Shown here one piece after another: positions 15,454-27,865 of a stretch of DNA of 64,000 nucleotides. Numbering within the stretch: position 1 is the first letter of the stretch; the number at the start of each line of letters is the position of its first letter. A program made the position numbers and the translations under genes. Origin of the DNA: Kudoa neothunni (lineage: Eukaryota; Animalia; Cnidaria). Under the pieces are notes generated by a model. It did not search any database, was not told the origin of the DNA, and saw nothing but the letters and a program-made list of their open reading frames with translations. The stretch spans positions 13,741,002 to 13,805,001 of the forward strand of contig OZ199838.1 in the NCBI GenBank assembly GCA_964304625.1, given 5' to 3'.

Positions 15454-16561
15454 TAGGGGTTAAGACGGTTCGGTTTCGGTTTTGTAAATAATTTCCCCAA
15501 TTATCAATGTCAATTTTTTCATGCAAAAAATATGTAAGTGTGATTTATTGGAATCTCATTTCAGTCGTTCTTTGTTTAAATGTGCTCTTTAAAACAAAAT
15601 TTTGAATTATTTTACAATCGAATTAAATTTGATATTATCTTTAATTGTTTTAGTTAATTTTATTGTTTAAAATTATTTTTTAGTGCATTTAAAAACGAAT
15701 ATAGATCTTTGACGATAAAATGTTTTCAAACACGTAATAAAAAATTACATGCCTCAAATTTCAATTTAGTTGGTTCTATTTTCATAAATAAACACAATTA
15801 TTTCAAGTTTCGAGTCGCTTAATTTTATCAACGGGGAAATAGCACGGTTGTGTGAGGTAAAACTTCTGTCTAAGTCAATACTTGTAGGTCTAACGTTAGA
15901 AAGATTTTTACGAACCCTTTCTAAATGAACTGACATCACAACGTGATTAACAAAATTTGTAATTTCACTAAATGCAAACAATATTTTGTTCTTATTGATG
16001 TGGATATGTAATTTAACAAATTGTCTAAATTTATCTCAGATTCGGAAGATTTATAATTTTGTATTTGATCATTCAATTCAATGAAACTAACTGCGTTTTC
16101 TAGTTCCAAATATACAATCTTTCGTAGAAAATATTCTTTATACAATTGTTTGAATTTAATCTTAAAAACAAATATATCGGACCAAATGGTGCGTAGTTCA
16201 AAGCAACGTTAGATAAATTTTATTTTCAAAATTTCTGAAATGGTTCTGTCAATACGCGAGAAATCTTCAATTGTATTGATGAGTATGAAGTCGCATTTAT
16301 TAGATTTTTCTATTTATTAGAAAGCCTAACAAAATAGTTCCATATGCCAGATACAATTCCTGTAATGCTAAATACAAAATTTGTTCACTGTTAAACACGT
16401 CATTCAGAAATATTTGTTATCCCTTTACTATTTTAAAAACGCATTCACTTATTTAAAAGACTGTATCAATTAATAATAAGGGCTAATTTATATTAATTAA
16501 AAAATAAATTTTCATAATCGACTTTGGGGTTTGTCAAAAACCGAACCGATCTTAACCTCTA
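15454..16561 (-). mobile_element. Degenerate hAT element, internally deleted
   Basis: TIRs TAGGGGTTAAGACGGTTCGGTTT and AAACCGAACCGATCTTAACCTCTA. Minus-strand remnant SNVRPTSIDLDRSFTS...LSDSKLEIIVF resembles the hAT C-terminal dimerisation motif. No clean TSD. Confidence 0.65.
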
Positions 16562-17202
16562 CGGGTAGCAGTTTGTGCATTCCTGGGTTAAAGTGACCTT
16601 AACAAATTAAATGTTGCGTACCTAATAAATACATGAATTAATACCATAGAATGGCATATCTTTAAATTAAAAAATTATTTGGTCGTTGATGCAGAAGATA
16701 TAATATAAAGAACATAAATTTTTATGACGAGAGCCGCTGTTGATTTATTATCACTTCTACATGAAGTCCTCAAACAACTAGGCGCATGATATCCTACCAG
16801 TTATATTAACCAAATTAGTTATTTAGCTTGATTCAAATAGCGAAACGCGTAATAAAATTTAAAATCTCAAAACATTATGTAATTAAGGAAGAAGTTATTT
16901 ATCAATAGAAAAATACAATATTAAAGATTCCAAGTTTCAAAAAAAGGGTATTAAAATATTTAAAATTGATGAAAATATACTTAGCCGTGTAGAATTTTAT
17001 TGTTTTAATGTTTCTTACCTAAATTATATCTAATGAGTAACATTAAAAAATTTCAATGTTACACACGCGCTAAACGGCATATAATTTAAATGGTCAACTA
17101 ACTAGTTTTAATTACATTTCCCTCTTACCCCTAAAGATATTGCACAAAAGTGGTTACCTATTATATTTAATAGGAGTACCAATTTACCAGGATAATCATA
17201 TA

Positions 17203-17571
17203 CAGTGTAACCTCGGAGTTCGATCAAAAATTTTAAGTCGGAAACACTTTTGAGTTCGAACACATAGAAAGGGTATTCAGAACAAATCCAAGTGTGCGAA
17301 CGTCATCGAAAGAGAGATCTTTATAATCTAGCGTATGGCAACAAAAAATATTTATCCCGCATTTCATTTCTATTATTATATTTAATATTTACTTGTTATA
17401 TTTTATATACACAAAATATGCATAACTGTTGCATAAATAAGAATAAAAATAGTTTTTTATTTGATGCGCAATAACGGGTTAAACTAATTTTCATTATTTG
17501 CAGGAAAAAAATTATTCGAAGTTCGAACACACTTCTAGAACGGATAATGGTCGAGGTCCGATGTTTCACCT
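17203..17571. mobile_element. pogo/Tigger-type MITE
   Basis: TA|CAGTGTAACCTCGGAGTTCGATCA at the left and imperfect inverse TGGTCGAGGTCCGATGTTTCACCT|TA at the right. Confidence 0.5.
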
Positions 17572-17912
17572 TACTTGTGGGAAACCACAGTAAATTAGGT
17601 GCATAACTTTAAATTAGACCAAATCTAGAGTTCACTACGTATATCCTTATCGTATTTAAATTAATTTAAGCATCGATTTCGCAACGAAGTTTAACCATAC
17701 CTAAATTTTTGAAATATTTCTGAAAAATTACGATATGATTTGTGTCATTTTTTCTCTATAAATAAAACAAATGTCAAACTAAATTACTTGACATTACACA
17801 TTTAAAGCTATTATTATTAAATATTTCTATGATAAATATGAATTTGGGACAGCGAGAAAATAAAAAAATGTGATAAATTAAAAAAAAATATTGCTATACA
17901 AAAATTTCAAAT

Positions 17913-18464
17913 TTATTTTTCTTTCTGAAAACTTTCGATCATTTCTATGCATTCCGGCAACTTGAAATGCACATAATATTGTCGATCCTTTATGACTATA
18001 TTGCCGAATGTTTTATTTCCAATACCAGAATAATCAGAACCGGAAAAATTGAATCGTTTTTTGACCCCGAAAATAGACGGCACTTCAGCGTAATAACGGT
18101 CACTGACAGCATCCTTGGCAACACGAAGAATATAACCGCCAGTACATCGATGCAAAAGCATTGTGGTACCAACACTCATCATCAACAACAGAAATATACT
18201 GTAGATGTATTTGCGTTGTCTTCTTTGAGTGTTGTCAAGGAGATAGAACTTATAGCTACACAACGCAACAGAAATCGCTGAAGTGGTGAAGGATATCTTT
18301 TTCAAATGAAGCACCAGCCTCTCAAATGGACCACAATAAATGTAAGTCCATCCATTTTTGTCTAAGGTATTTACAAGGTTGTTGTATTTGCTATTAAGAT
18401 TTGATAGGTATCTGTTAGAAGGTACATTTTTGAAGAAAAACCGCACAACAAATTTGGTTAACAT
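17913..18464 (-). CDS. TMEM70: Mitochondrial ATP synthase assembly factor TMEM70-like (intronless)
   Basis: First true ATG at 18464 followed by a basic transit-like N-terminus. YIYCGPFERLVLHLKKISFTTS, two TM segments and LLHRCTGGYILR..D...Y.A match the TMEM70 pattern. Confidence 0.8.
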   Translation of the reverse strand: MLTKFVVRFFFKNVPSNRYLSNLNSKYNNLVNTLDKNGWTYIYCGPFERLVLHLKKISFTTSAISVALCSYKFYLLDNTQRRQRKYIYSIFLLLMMSVGTTMLLHRCTGGYILRVAKDAVSDRYYAEVPSIFGVKKRFNFSGSDYSGIGNKTFGNIVIKDRQYYVHFKLPECIEMIESFQKEK

Positions 18465-18819
18465 AGAATTCGCGTTGCGCAGAATCAAAAATAATATTGA
18501 GAGAATATGCGTAGTTAGTTGTATTCCATTTCGTGAACAGAATCAACTATTGCATGCCATTAATGTTTTTCTGAAATTAAACTATGAAAAAGTTTCAAAA
18601 ATTAATCTATGCAGAACCAAAATTAAATTCGGATGGGAATAATCCACAGAAATGCCTTCGATTTTATTTTTAAATGTAATTATGAAATCACATGTCATAT
18701 ATCTTAAAGTTGTAGAGGAAAAATCAATACACATAAGATAAAAAGTATAAATTACAAATTAGTTTATAAATACAAAATAAGGTTTTGTCAGACCAGCAGT
18801 AAAAAACTAAAATGTCACT

Positions 18820-19546
18820 TCAATCGGAATTGAAGTTTAATTTCAGTCTTGGCAATTCAAAAGAACTGTGTTTCAGCATTGGATAATGGAACAGTGAATT
18901 GAAATCAATTCTATGAAGTGGGTTTATAAAACGGAGAGCAGCGCTGTGCAAATCGAGCTGTTTGATCTTGTAATTGATAGCATTGATTCCTTTGGATGAG
19001 TTGCTAATGAATGAACTCTTAAAAAAGTCCACTATGAAATTGGCCAGCGGAATATGATTGATTTCAAGATTGCAACCTTGATGCATTATTGTTCTATTGG
19101 TGAAAATATTTATCAATATTATAAATCCACAAAGAAAACACACTTACTTATGGGAATCGGTGGATGATTGTGTGTAACTGATAAATTCACGGGCTGTTAT
19201 AAAACTAGCCATAGATAGATTTCCACTGTGGTATTCGTACTTTTGATTGTCCCGATCAATAACTATATACTCAAGCACATGCTGTGGAGAGTCAACATCG
19301 AATACCGTGGTAACTATCCATGGCACATTGAAATTCGTTGTTACGTGCCTAATGATATGAATACGGTTGGAGCTATCCATCCATTGATCAACTATATCGG
19401 ATGTCAACAAATTGGTGTTATATTTGTTGGGATATTTGTGGAGAAGAGATACTGCGACCCGTTCCCACGGATGACTAGATTAAATTATTTGTTGAACAAA
19501 ATGTTCCCAAATACTTTAAAAGAAACTCATTTGACCAATCTGACAT
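18820..19546 (-). CDS. PRELID3: PRELI-family mitochondrial lipid-transfer protein (PRELID3/Slowmo/Ups2), 3 exons
   Basis: MSDWSNEFLLN/HPWERVAVSLLHKYPNKYNTNLLTSDIVDQ, ..SGNLSMASFITAREFISY.., FISNSSKGINAI. Confidence 0.85.
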
Positions 19547-21881
19547 AGTTTTTTGTTTCGGTGGCCCCACCCAAACAATCAGTTTTTGAGATTGCGCACA
19601 TGGATGAAAATCCAACCGTGTGTATGAGTGTGTGTGTGCAGATAAGGTGAGATGCGTCTCCTATTTATCTAACTTATTTTAGATGTACTCAGATAATTAT
19701 TTTAAAAAAATTTTTAACAAGATATCTTATTATTGAAAAATTTTCAATGTTCAGTTACTAGTTAATGTATCTCATAAAGATGCAATTTATAATTTGTCCG
19801 TGAAATGACTATCTTTTAGTGTATTCATATTGATTAATTAATATTTATTCTACTCTAACATATATTATTATTTAAATATTTAGATTTTTTTTCATTATAT
19901 TTAATTGTAATGTTGTTCCAGAACATGTCGTATGTATTCGGTAGCGTTCGGTGATCCCTTACTAGTGTTAATCTTATGTTTTGAGGTAATACTTTAATGA
20001 TCTGGACATTAAATACCTATTACCAAACTATCATTAGCATAAGCTTGTAGTTTGATACTCATTACGAAAATTATTTTTTAATTAGTACTTAAAGTTAAAA
20101 ATACTGAGAATTTTTTAATAATTCTAATTTTTTGAAGAGGAGGAATCACCTAAAATTGACTTAAAAAACACTTAGTTACTCGTTTTTGAGAAATATATCT
20201 AGCACATTAATTACCTAAATATGTAAATCTATTCGAATTGTATATCCCTGGTTTTTTTTTGCGTTGGAATATCTTTACATTTTTGATTCGCCGTTGGATG
20301 AAAAAATGCGCTGCGTGAATTCGAGTAATTTATCACTAATTTTCCATAAAAATTGATTTTTATAGAAGAAATAATTTATAAATTCGATTTCCTATTATAA
20401 CATAATAGGGCATCGGTAAAGCGGATACCTGTATAAAGTGGTTGACGTTATTTACAAACTTTTGACTGAATCCGATTATTTTCCGATTGGTATAGTTACA
20501 TGTTTTAAAAATTAGGCTAAAAAGTTCATCAATAAATCCACTCTTCAATTCGGGGAAATTTGAATGATTTTTCATAGCGTAGAAAATTCTAAGCTACGGT
20601 TTACTACGCATTATGACTACTTTACCGTAGTAAGTTAACATGTATTACCATGATATGTTTATTTTCCGCTTTTTAATGTCACAAATTTTTTATTGTTTGA
20701 AAGCTTAAAAATTTTTGGAATTTTTGGAAAAGAATAAAAACAGATCTTTAGCTCGGGGTAATCGATTACAATATGGACATTGTTATGATATTAAATTCTA
20801 ATAAAAACTGCGTAAGTCCATTAGTATTTGAAAGGATTGCCCAAATCTAAAAGAGTTTTTGAAGGTCTGTAATCGAAATCTGGTCACAACAAAATCAGAG
20901 TTAAAACTTTTTGCTTATGAGCTGAGATAAAATAGGTGCTTAGCAGAGTTTCTACGCGTGTCACGCTATTCTATCACGCATCCTTAGGATATTATCATTA
21001 CTTTTTTGTTTAATAGGGAATTTGAGTTTTATTATATAAGTTTATTAAAGTTTCATAATGAATGTTAGCTATAGTTGATAATTTTTCAAAGAAACAAACG
21101 AAGATCGAATGACCAAGTGCAATTTATGCGGGGTTAAACGAATTTTTAAAGATATGATCGATAAGCGATCAACTGGCGATATAAACAGACAGCTCATAAT
21201 ATAATACAGAATAACTATATTGAATTCAGAAATTTTATTTATAAATCATAGTGTTTAAGTTATTAGCATTAAGAAAAAAAAAATTCGTTGGATTCAAATG
21301 TAAAAAAAATCTGGCAGAAACTAGGGTTTATACGCGTGCTACGTCACGCGAAGAATATGGCGTGAAATGCATCACGCTTTTTAGAAACTCTAGTGCTTAG
21401 TGACTTGGGGAGTAATCCGCCCAAAAGCAGTAAACCCAATAAATGACCCTGTAGCGCGAGAGAAACACCAGTCTCAATTCTACAATAATCCGCCGTGCGT
21501 ACCCATCGCTGACGTGGCTTCGCCACAGACCCAAGTATCAAAACATGTTTTATCTTTACTCATGTTTTATAAATCGTTTCGATATAAAATGTTGACAAGC
21601 GTCAAAATTTTTCAAAACTTCCTGTCGTATTGAGACGATTAAATCGTTAATTGCCGTAGATATGTGATCAGCCTGTAAAAAAGGAAATTTTCAATCTTAT
21701 TCCCTTAAGAAACATCTATGGTTTTAATATTCCTGGCAAGCGAAAATTGGGAAATTTAGATTCCAGAAAGGAACTGATAGAATTAATGACAATAGACATA
21801 TTAGCATTCTCATTCTTTGAAGAGAAAAGATTTTCAAGCGGAAAATTTCTTTCTCAGTTCGTCTTTGCGATAAATTTGAAG

Positions 21882-23044
21882 TCTACTATACATACAAAGC
21901 TAAGTTGTTCGTGTGTGTGTCAGCAAGTACGCATGTGCCACAAATTTTTTTTTCCTTATAGAGAGACATTAATGAAATTTTTTCGAATCATAATGTTTCG
22001 AAAAATTTTAAAGTTATTTTCAAAACGCCAAATGTTCCAAAGAGTGTTTATAATATAGTGATTTTGCCGATTCAAAGTTTGTTAAGCGGATTACATGAGT
22101 CCAATTGTAGGATTAACACCTGCTTGTGTCCTAGTGATGGTCGGTTGAAGTTAACTTTCACCCTCATATACATTGTCAACTGTTAATTAGGTGCTATCAT
22201 ATATCCTTATGTATAAGATTGGCGTGTCTATTTTGGTGTTTTCGCAAATACACTCCTTATGTCGGGAGTTTAACGTATTTGACTTGATGAGTATATTCTG
22301 GAAGTTCTATCGATTCCTTTAGATATGACAAACGGTCTATGTTTGGATCATTAACATCGAATTGGCAGAATATGTTATAATAGGGTATATGAAGCGTTAT
22401 AATGCGAGTGTTGGGTCTGTGTATTTCATTGAAATCATCTGCTATGTTGGACTTTCAGTGATTAAATTCAATGCATATGGTTGTACTTTTATTTCATCCA
22501 ATTATTTAAATTATTTTTGCTGGTATTGACGTGACTTTTATTTTTTCTTGAGAAAGAGCGCATTAAAGTTTATGCCAGGCCAAGAGATATTAATTTGAAT
22601 AATCAAAATCAATTTTCGTGAATTTCCTTCTATCTATATATCTTCTTTTACCTCCCCCCAAAGCAAACGCATGACAAAAACTTTCTGAGTCGGATCAGAA
22701 TTCGACTTTTAAAAATCCCCCGTGTCAAAAACTAACGTTTTAGGTACGCTTTAACGGGATTTAAATAATGCGGGAATGAAAAAAATATGACGCTAACCTT
22801 AAATTATTTAGCGTTGGTGCTGAGCCACGAAATTTTTAAATGAACGCGGGGATTGGAACACTCCTTCAAAGAAATGATCATAATTTTAATTTCATAATCC
22901 AAATCGTTAAAGTATGATTCTCAAAATTTTGTAGTTATTTTGTTTCTATGGATTAATTCGAAACTTCAATTTATTTTTTGAATGTTACTAAAAAACGTCC
23001 CTATGTGAAATCTTCCCCTAGCGACGCTGGGCAGTTCTTGCTAA
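21882..23044 (+). mobile_element. Non-autonomous Helitron, copy B
   Basis: 5' TCTACTATACATACAAAGCTAAG. 3' hairpin CCCCTAGCGACGCTGGG followed by CTAA. Colinear with copy A. Confidence 0.8.
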
Positions 23045-23181
23045 TTTTAAATATGATTCTAAAGGATTTATTCTCATTATTTAGATAACGTTAAAACAAA
23101 GGTTTCTTGTTATTAAATATGGTTTTCGTGTCCAACTAAAATAAGCGTTAAAACATGTTTAGATTTGATAACAATTTACGC

Positions 23182-23514
23182 CGGTGGTTTCCAACCGGTA
23201 ATCCGCAGATGCCCAGGGGTTTGCGAGATTTTTCTGAGGGATCCGCAGCACTGACATAATATAGAAACTAAAATAATGATCTATTTACAAATGCTTGCTG
23301 TCTAAGTCCTTGGCGATGTCAAATAAATTTTAAGAATAATATATTTTGGTTGTTTGTAAATAAATGCATGAAATTTTTTTATGGACATCGTATTTTATTT
23401 GTTTACAATTTCTTTTATTTATATATATATATATATATATGTATATTTGGGGGATCCGCAATAAAACTTAAGCTTGCCTAGGGATCCAAGTTTCAAAAAG
23501 GTTTAAAACCACTG
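23182..23514. mobile_element. hAT MITE with 8-bp TSD
   Basis: TIRs C(G)GTGGTTTCCAACC and GGTTTAAAACCACTG. Flanks ATTTACGC / ATGTACGC differ by one base. A second partial copy starts at 61391. Confidence 0.75.
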
Positions 23515-24556
23515 ATGTACGCATTCTTAAATTAATTTTATAGTCGAGACTTACGTTGGAGTAATATTTTACTGCTAAAAATATATAATTTAATAATTAC
23601 TTAATCGTCATTTTAATTTATATAATTATTCTTTATTTAATATTTTGATTTTATAAAAAAAGATAAAATTTATTTGACCCCTCATAAATATACGTCTTTA
23701 ATGTTATTTTAATAATCTTCGATCACAACTATGGTGGGTTAAGAAAAATTATGTCTGAAATATAGGGATTAAGTAAGGTTGAAAACCACTGCTTTAATTT
23801 ACTAAGTAGAGGTTACGTGATCACAGAATGTAGATAAGCGCTACCTTCCCCCAAATATAAGACAAGTCTTATATTAATTTAGACATTAGAAAAAACAATT
23901 TGCTCTTATTCTTGGGGTAGGCCTTTAATGGGGGAAACACGGTAGTACCTAAAGTAGATTAATTATTAGTCAGACTTCATAAGCTTGTTGTTCACTTATT
24001 TGTCATATTAATCCTTTATTGAACCTGTCCGAACTGTAATACAATGCAAACCTAGTGTACGTAGATTTCTGCTACATTATTTTTTGCTCGATATCTTTTT
24101 TATGGAGAGAAAAACCTTTGTATACATTTTTGAAGTTAGATAACAACAAAACAAAATTTCGGGATATAATTGCCGATTAAACCATAGCATATCTACCTTA
24201 TTAATTAAACCATGGAATTTGTATGTGCCGAATTTAACGCAATAATCATTTTGTCTAAAAAAATAGAAAAAATTATGTTAAAATTATCAAATGATAAATA
24301 AAAATTAGCTATACTTGGTTAATTTTTGTTGTGATTTCGACCATTCATGAATTCACATTTTAAAAAGTAATTAATAATTTTTGATTAATTAAGTTTGTTG
24401 CAAAATAGTATATACAAAAATAAGTAATTCAATGTTTAGAGTAAAAATAAAAGATTCATCTTTTTATGATAAATATAATCAATAATATTTGTTTTACCAT
24501 ATTTAGTTATATTAATATTATAAACCTATTAGATGATTTTATGTGTTTGTAAATAA

Positions 24557-25605
24557 TATCGCGAACTGCCCAGCTTTGCTTGTGGAAGATTTTGCATAGA
24601 GACGTTTCTTAATAACATTCAAACAAATATTATGTTTCAAATTGATTTATAGAAGCCGTCTAACTAAATTTTGTTAAGCATCATACTTTGTCGATTTGGA
24701 TTTCGAAATTTAAATCATGATCATTTCTGTGCAGGAGTGTATCAATCCTGGTTTTTAATTAACAATTTCTTGTACCGGCATCAACGCTAAATAATTTAAG
24801 GCCAGTGTCATATTTATTTTCGTTCCCGAATTATTTAAACTCTCTCAAAGTGAAATCTAATACGTTATTTTTTGGCCCCGGGGATTTATAAAGTCGAATT
24901 CTAGCCCGGCTAGGTAAATGTGTGCGTCACTAACTTTTTAAGGGGAAAAAATAGAGAAAGTAATAGAGATAGACATTAACACAAGATGATTAATTTTTAT
25001 TGTTAAAATTAACAACCACAAATCGTGTCTATATCAACACAAATAATTTAATTAATCGAATGAAGTAAACGTACAACCATCTGCACTGAACCGAATCACC
25101 TAAAGTTCAACGAAATCTACGGGCACAGAGTACTTGCATTGTAGTGTTTCATTCTATCTGAACCCATTTATAGAGCCTGTAAGATGTGTATATCGAGTCA
25201 AACACGTTAAAACTATCGAAATAAGGAACGTATTTCTGCGAACACTCGAATTGACACGCCAACCCTACACATAAAGATATATGCCGTCGATTAATTAATA
25301 TTTAAAAAAAGAATATAAGGGGGAAAAAGCTAACTTCAACCGATCGACCACTACCAGGCATAAGCAGGTGTTAATCTCACTGCCGAATTTAGATAATCCG
25401 CTTAACAAACTTTGAATAGACAAAACCACTATATTCTAAACATTCGTTGGGGCACTTAGCGCATTAAAATAACTTAAAGATTTTTATAAGCGCCATTATT
25501 TTTAAAAAATTTCATAAATGTCTCTATAAGGAAAAAACTGTTTCGCACATGCGTACCCGCTGGCACACACACACATGGACAACTTAACTTTCTACATATA
25601 GTAGA
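24557..25605 (-). mobile_element. Non-autonomous Helitron, copy C (inverted)
   Basis: Reverse complement begins TCTACTATATGTAGAAAGTTAAG..TGTGTGTGCCAGC and ends with the CACAAGCAAAGCTGGGCAGTTCGC hairpin. Confidence 0.78.
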
Positions 25606-25630
25606 TAAAGGATATTAGAATATTTATAAT

Positions 25631-26120
25631 TAGGGGTCGTAGTTTTCGATTAAAATCGATTTTAGTCTATTGTAATCGTCAACTTTTCTAAAAAGTTTCG
25701 ACGTTTATTTTCCGGGAATATTCGAAATCTTCCGAAAAACTTGAAATAGATAATAACCGGAAAGGAATTGATAGTTTCCTTGTTGAATGGATCAACTTGG
25801 AGAAGATGGAAAGTGAATTAACCTGTACATATTGCGAAGTGAAATTATCTCTACAACAAAATAGGATTTACAAGCAAATAAAATCAAAGGAGCATACTTC
25901 GTTAATAAGCATTTGAAGACACTTCTCTACCAATTATTTATGTAGAAATAGAAAAAATGGCAAAAAAGAGTAAAAACCTAGTTTCTGTTATTGTTCTTGA
26001 CGTTCCTCCGCCATCGTTGTTTGATAAGGAAAGTTTTTGGTGAGGAGCTTGTTCGAAATTTTTTAAAATTCAAAATGTTTTAATGTTCATGCACGCGTAC
26101 TGTTGAATCAACCAAAATAA
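25631..26120 (+). repeat. Dispersed TAGGG-terminated repeat, copy 2
   Basis: Inverse of 14020-14441. It ends about 100 bp upstream of the GPR89 ATG. Confidence 0.75.
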
Positions 26121-26215
26121 ACGTTGATTTTTGTTGCCGAAATTTTTAATAATAAACCTCGAAAACTGCTATCCTTATTTGTAACTTTGTATTAACGCAT
26201 GCGTCATTATACTTA

Positions 26216-27760
26216 ATGATCATTGATGCCTTGTTGTTAGTGATAACCCACATTGTGTTTTTTGTTTTCGGTTGGGCCTTCTGTGATGTTATTCTTCTTA
26301 AAGACCGCAAATTAAATAGCCAACTTGTACAAGCAACATTCGCTCTAACAATAAGCCTTTCGTGCATAATGTTTCAAGTGGTGATATTAGAGATATTGGA
26401 CTGGTTAAATGTGTCTATTAGACATTTCTACTGGCACATAAGTATTGTAGTGCTGTTAGTGTTGTTGATTTTGGTCATACCATATTGGATAATGCACTAC
26501 ATCACGTTAATAATTTTCGGTCCTAGAATAGCACGCAGTAACAAAATGCACATTGTCAAAGTGGCATTATTGTTGATTGGCTTGTACTTATTTTGGAAAA
26601 ATAGTTATCCATATACATTGGATAAACAAACAGATAAATTCAGCATGTTTTCTATTGAACACGGTATTAGTCGTGTTGGTGTAATTGGAGTTACGGTGGT
26701 GGCTATTTTGTCTGGATTTGGTGCTGTAAATTTTCCCTTCAACTATATGAAAGTTTTTATCGAACCCATAACCCAATCTCAGGTGAAATTGATGGAAAAA
26801 CAATTAGTTCAATGCAACGAATTGATTTCGAATAAAAAATGCAAGTTGTTACTAATGTTGAATGAAACTGATAAAAAATCCAACTCGACTTCTCCTATAT
26901 GGAATACTAGTTTCAAACGGTTGATGAGTGCGATCCAACCTAATTATCAACTTCAACCCAATCAACAACTTGAGGAAGCTAAACAATGGCATTGGAAAAA
27001 TCCTTATCTTACCAACTATGTTAAACGGGATAGCAGTTTCAACAAACTATCAGATGAACTCAACTCACTCACCGAATTTCAACGCCATTTGGTGTATGAT
27101 ATTGTTCAACTTCAACGAATGCTCCAACGAGTCCATTTTAGCAATACCTTGATTGGTCGTTTATACGATATAGCTGGATACATTTTTTCTGGCTATTGTT
27201 GCTGGAAGATTTTCTCATCTGCCATTAATGTGGTGTTTAAGAGAAAAGGTCGTGCGGACGCCGTGACCCTTTTTATTGAATGGTGTGCACCGTTGTTCTC
27301 ACAGGAGATCGATCTACGTTTGTGGACCCAGCAAGTGTGTTGATTATGATTATGATTATTATGAGATTGCTTTTAAATTCTAATTTTTTATGTATTGTTT
27401 TAGATAAGTTTGTTGTTGGTGGGTATTATGGCAATCACTTCGGTCAGAGGCCTCTTACTTACTCTTACAAAAATTTTCCATAACATCTATCCCACCAAGT
27501 CATCAGATATTATTGTACTGGTCATCGCTGATATTGCCGGAATGCATCTTCTTTCATCGGTTCTTCTTATGAGACTCAATCTACCTATCAAATATAGAGA
27601 TGCTCTCACTCATCTTCTTGGAGATTTACAATTTAGTTTCTACCATCTTTGGTTTGATGTAATATTCCTTATAAGTGCTGTATCGAGCATTATTTGTTTA
27701 TATATTGAAAAATTGAATCGGCAAAGTATTGTCGATTTTGAAACAAACACTAATTTTTAA
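26216..27760 (+). CDS. GPR89: Golgi pH regulator GPHR/GPR89 (2 exons; intron 27335-27403)
   Basis: ISRVGVIGVTVVAILSGFGAVNFP, GYIFSGYCCWKIF, WTQQ/ISLLLVGIMAITSVRGLL, LQFSFYHLWFDVIFLISA. Confidence 0.96.
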
Positions 27761-27865
27761 TATAAATTTTTCAATCATTTTCTTTTGTTATTTTGACTTG
27801 AATTATGTCATCGAGCCACTTAATTTTCTCTTATCCACAGTTACGTTTATACCGCTAAGTATTAA

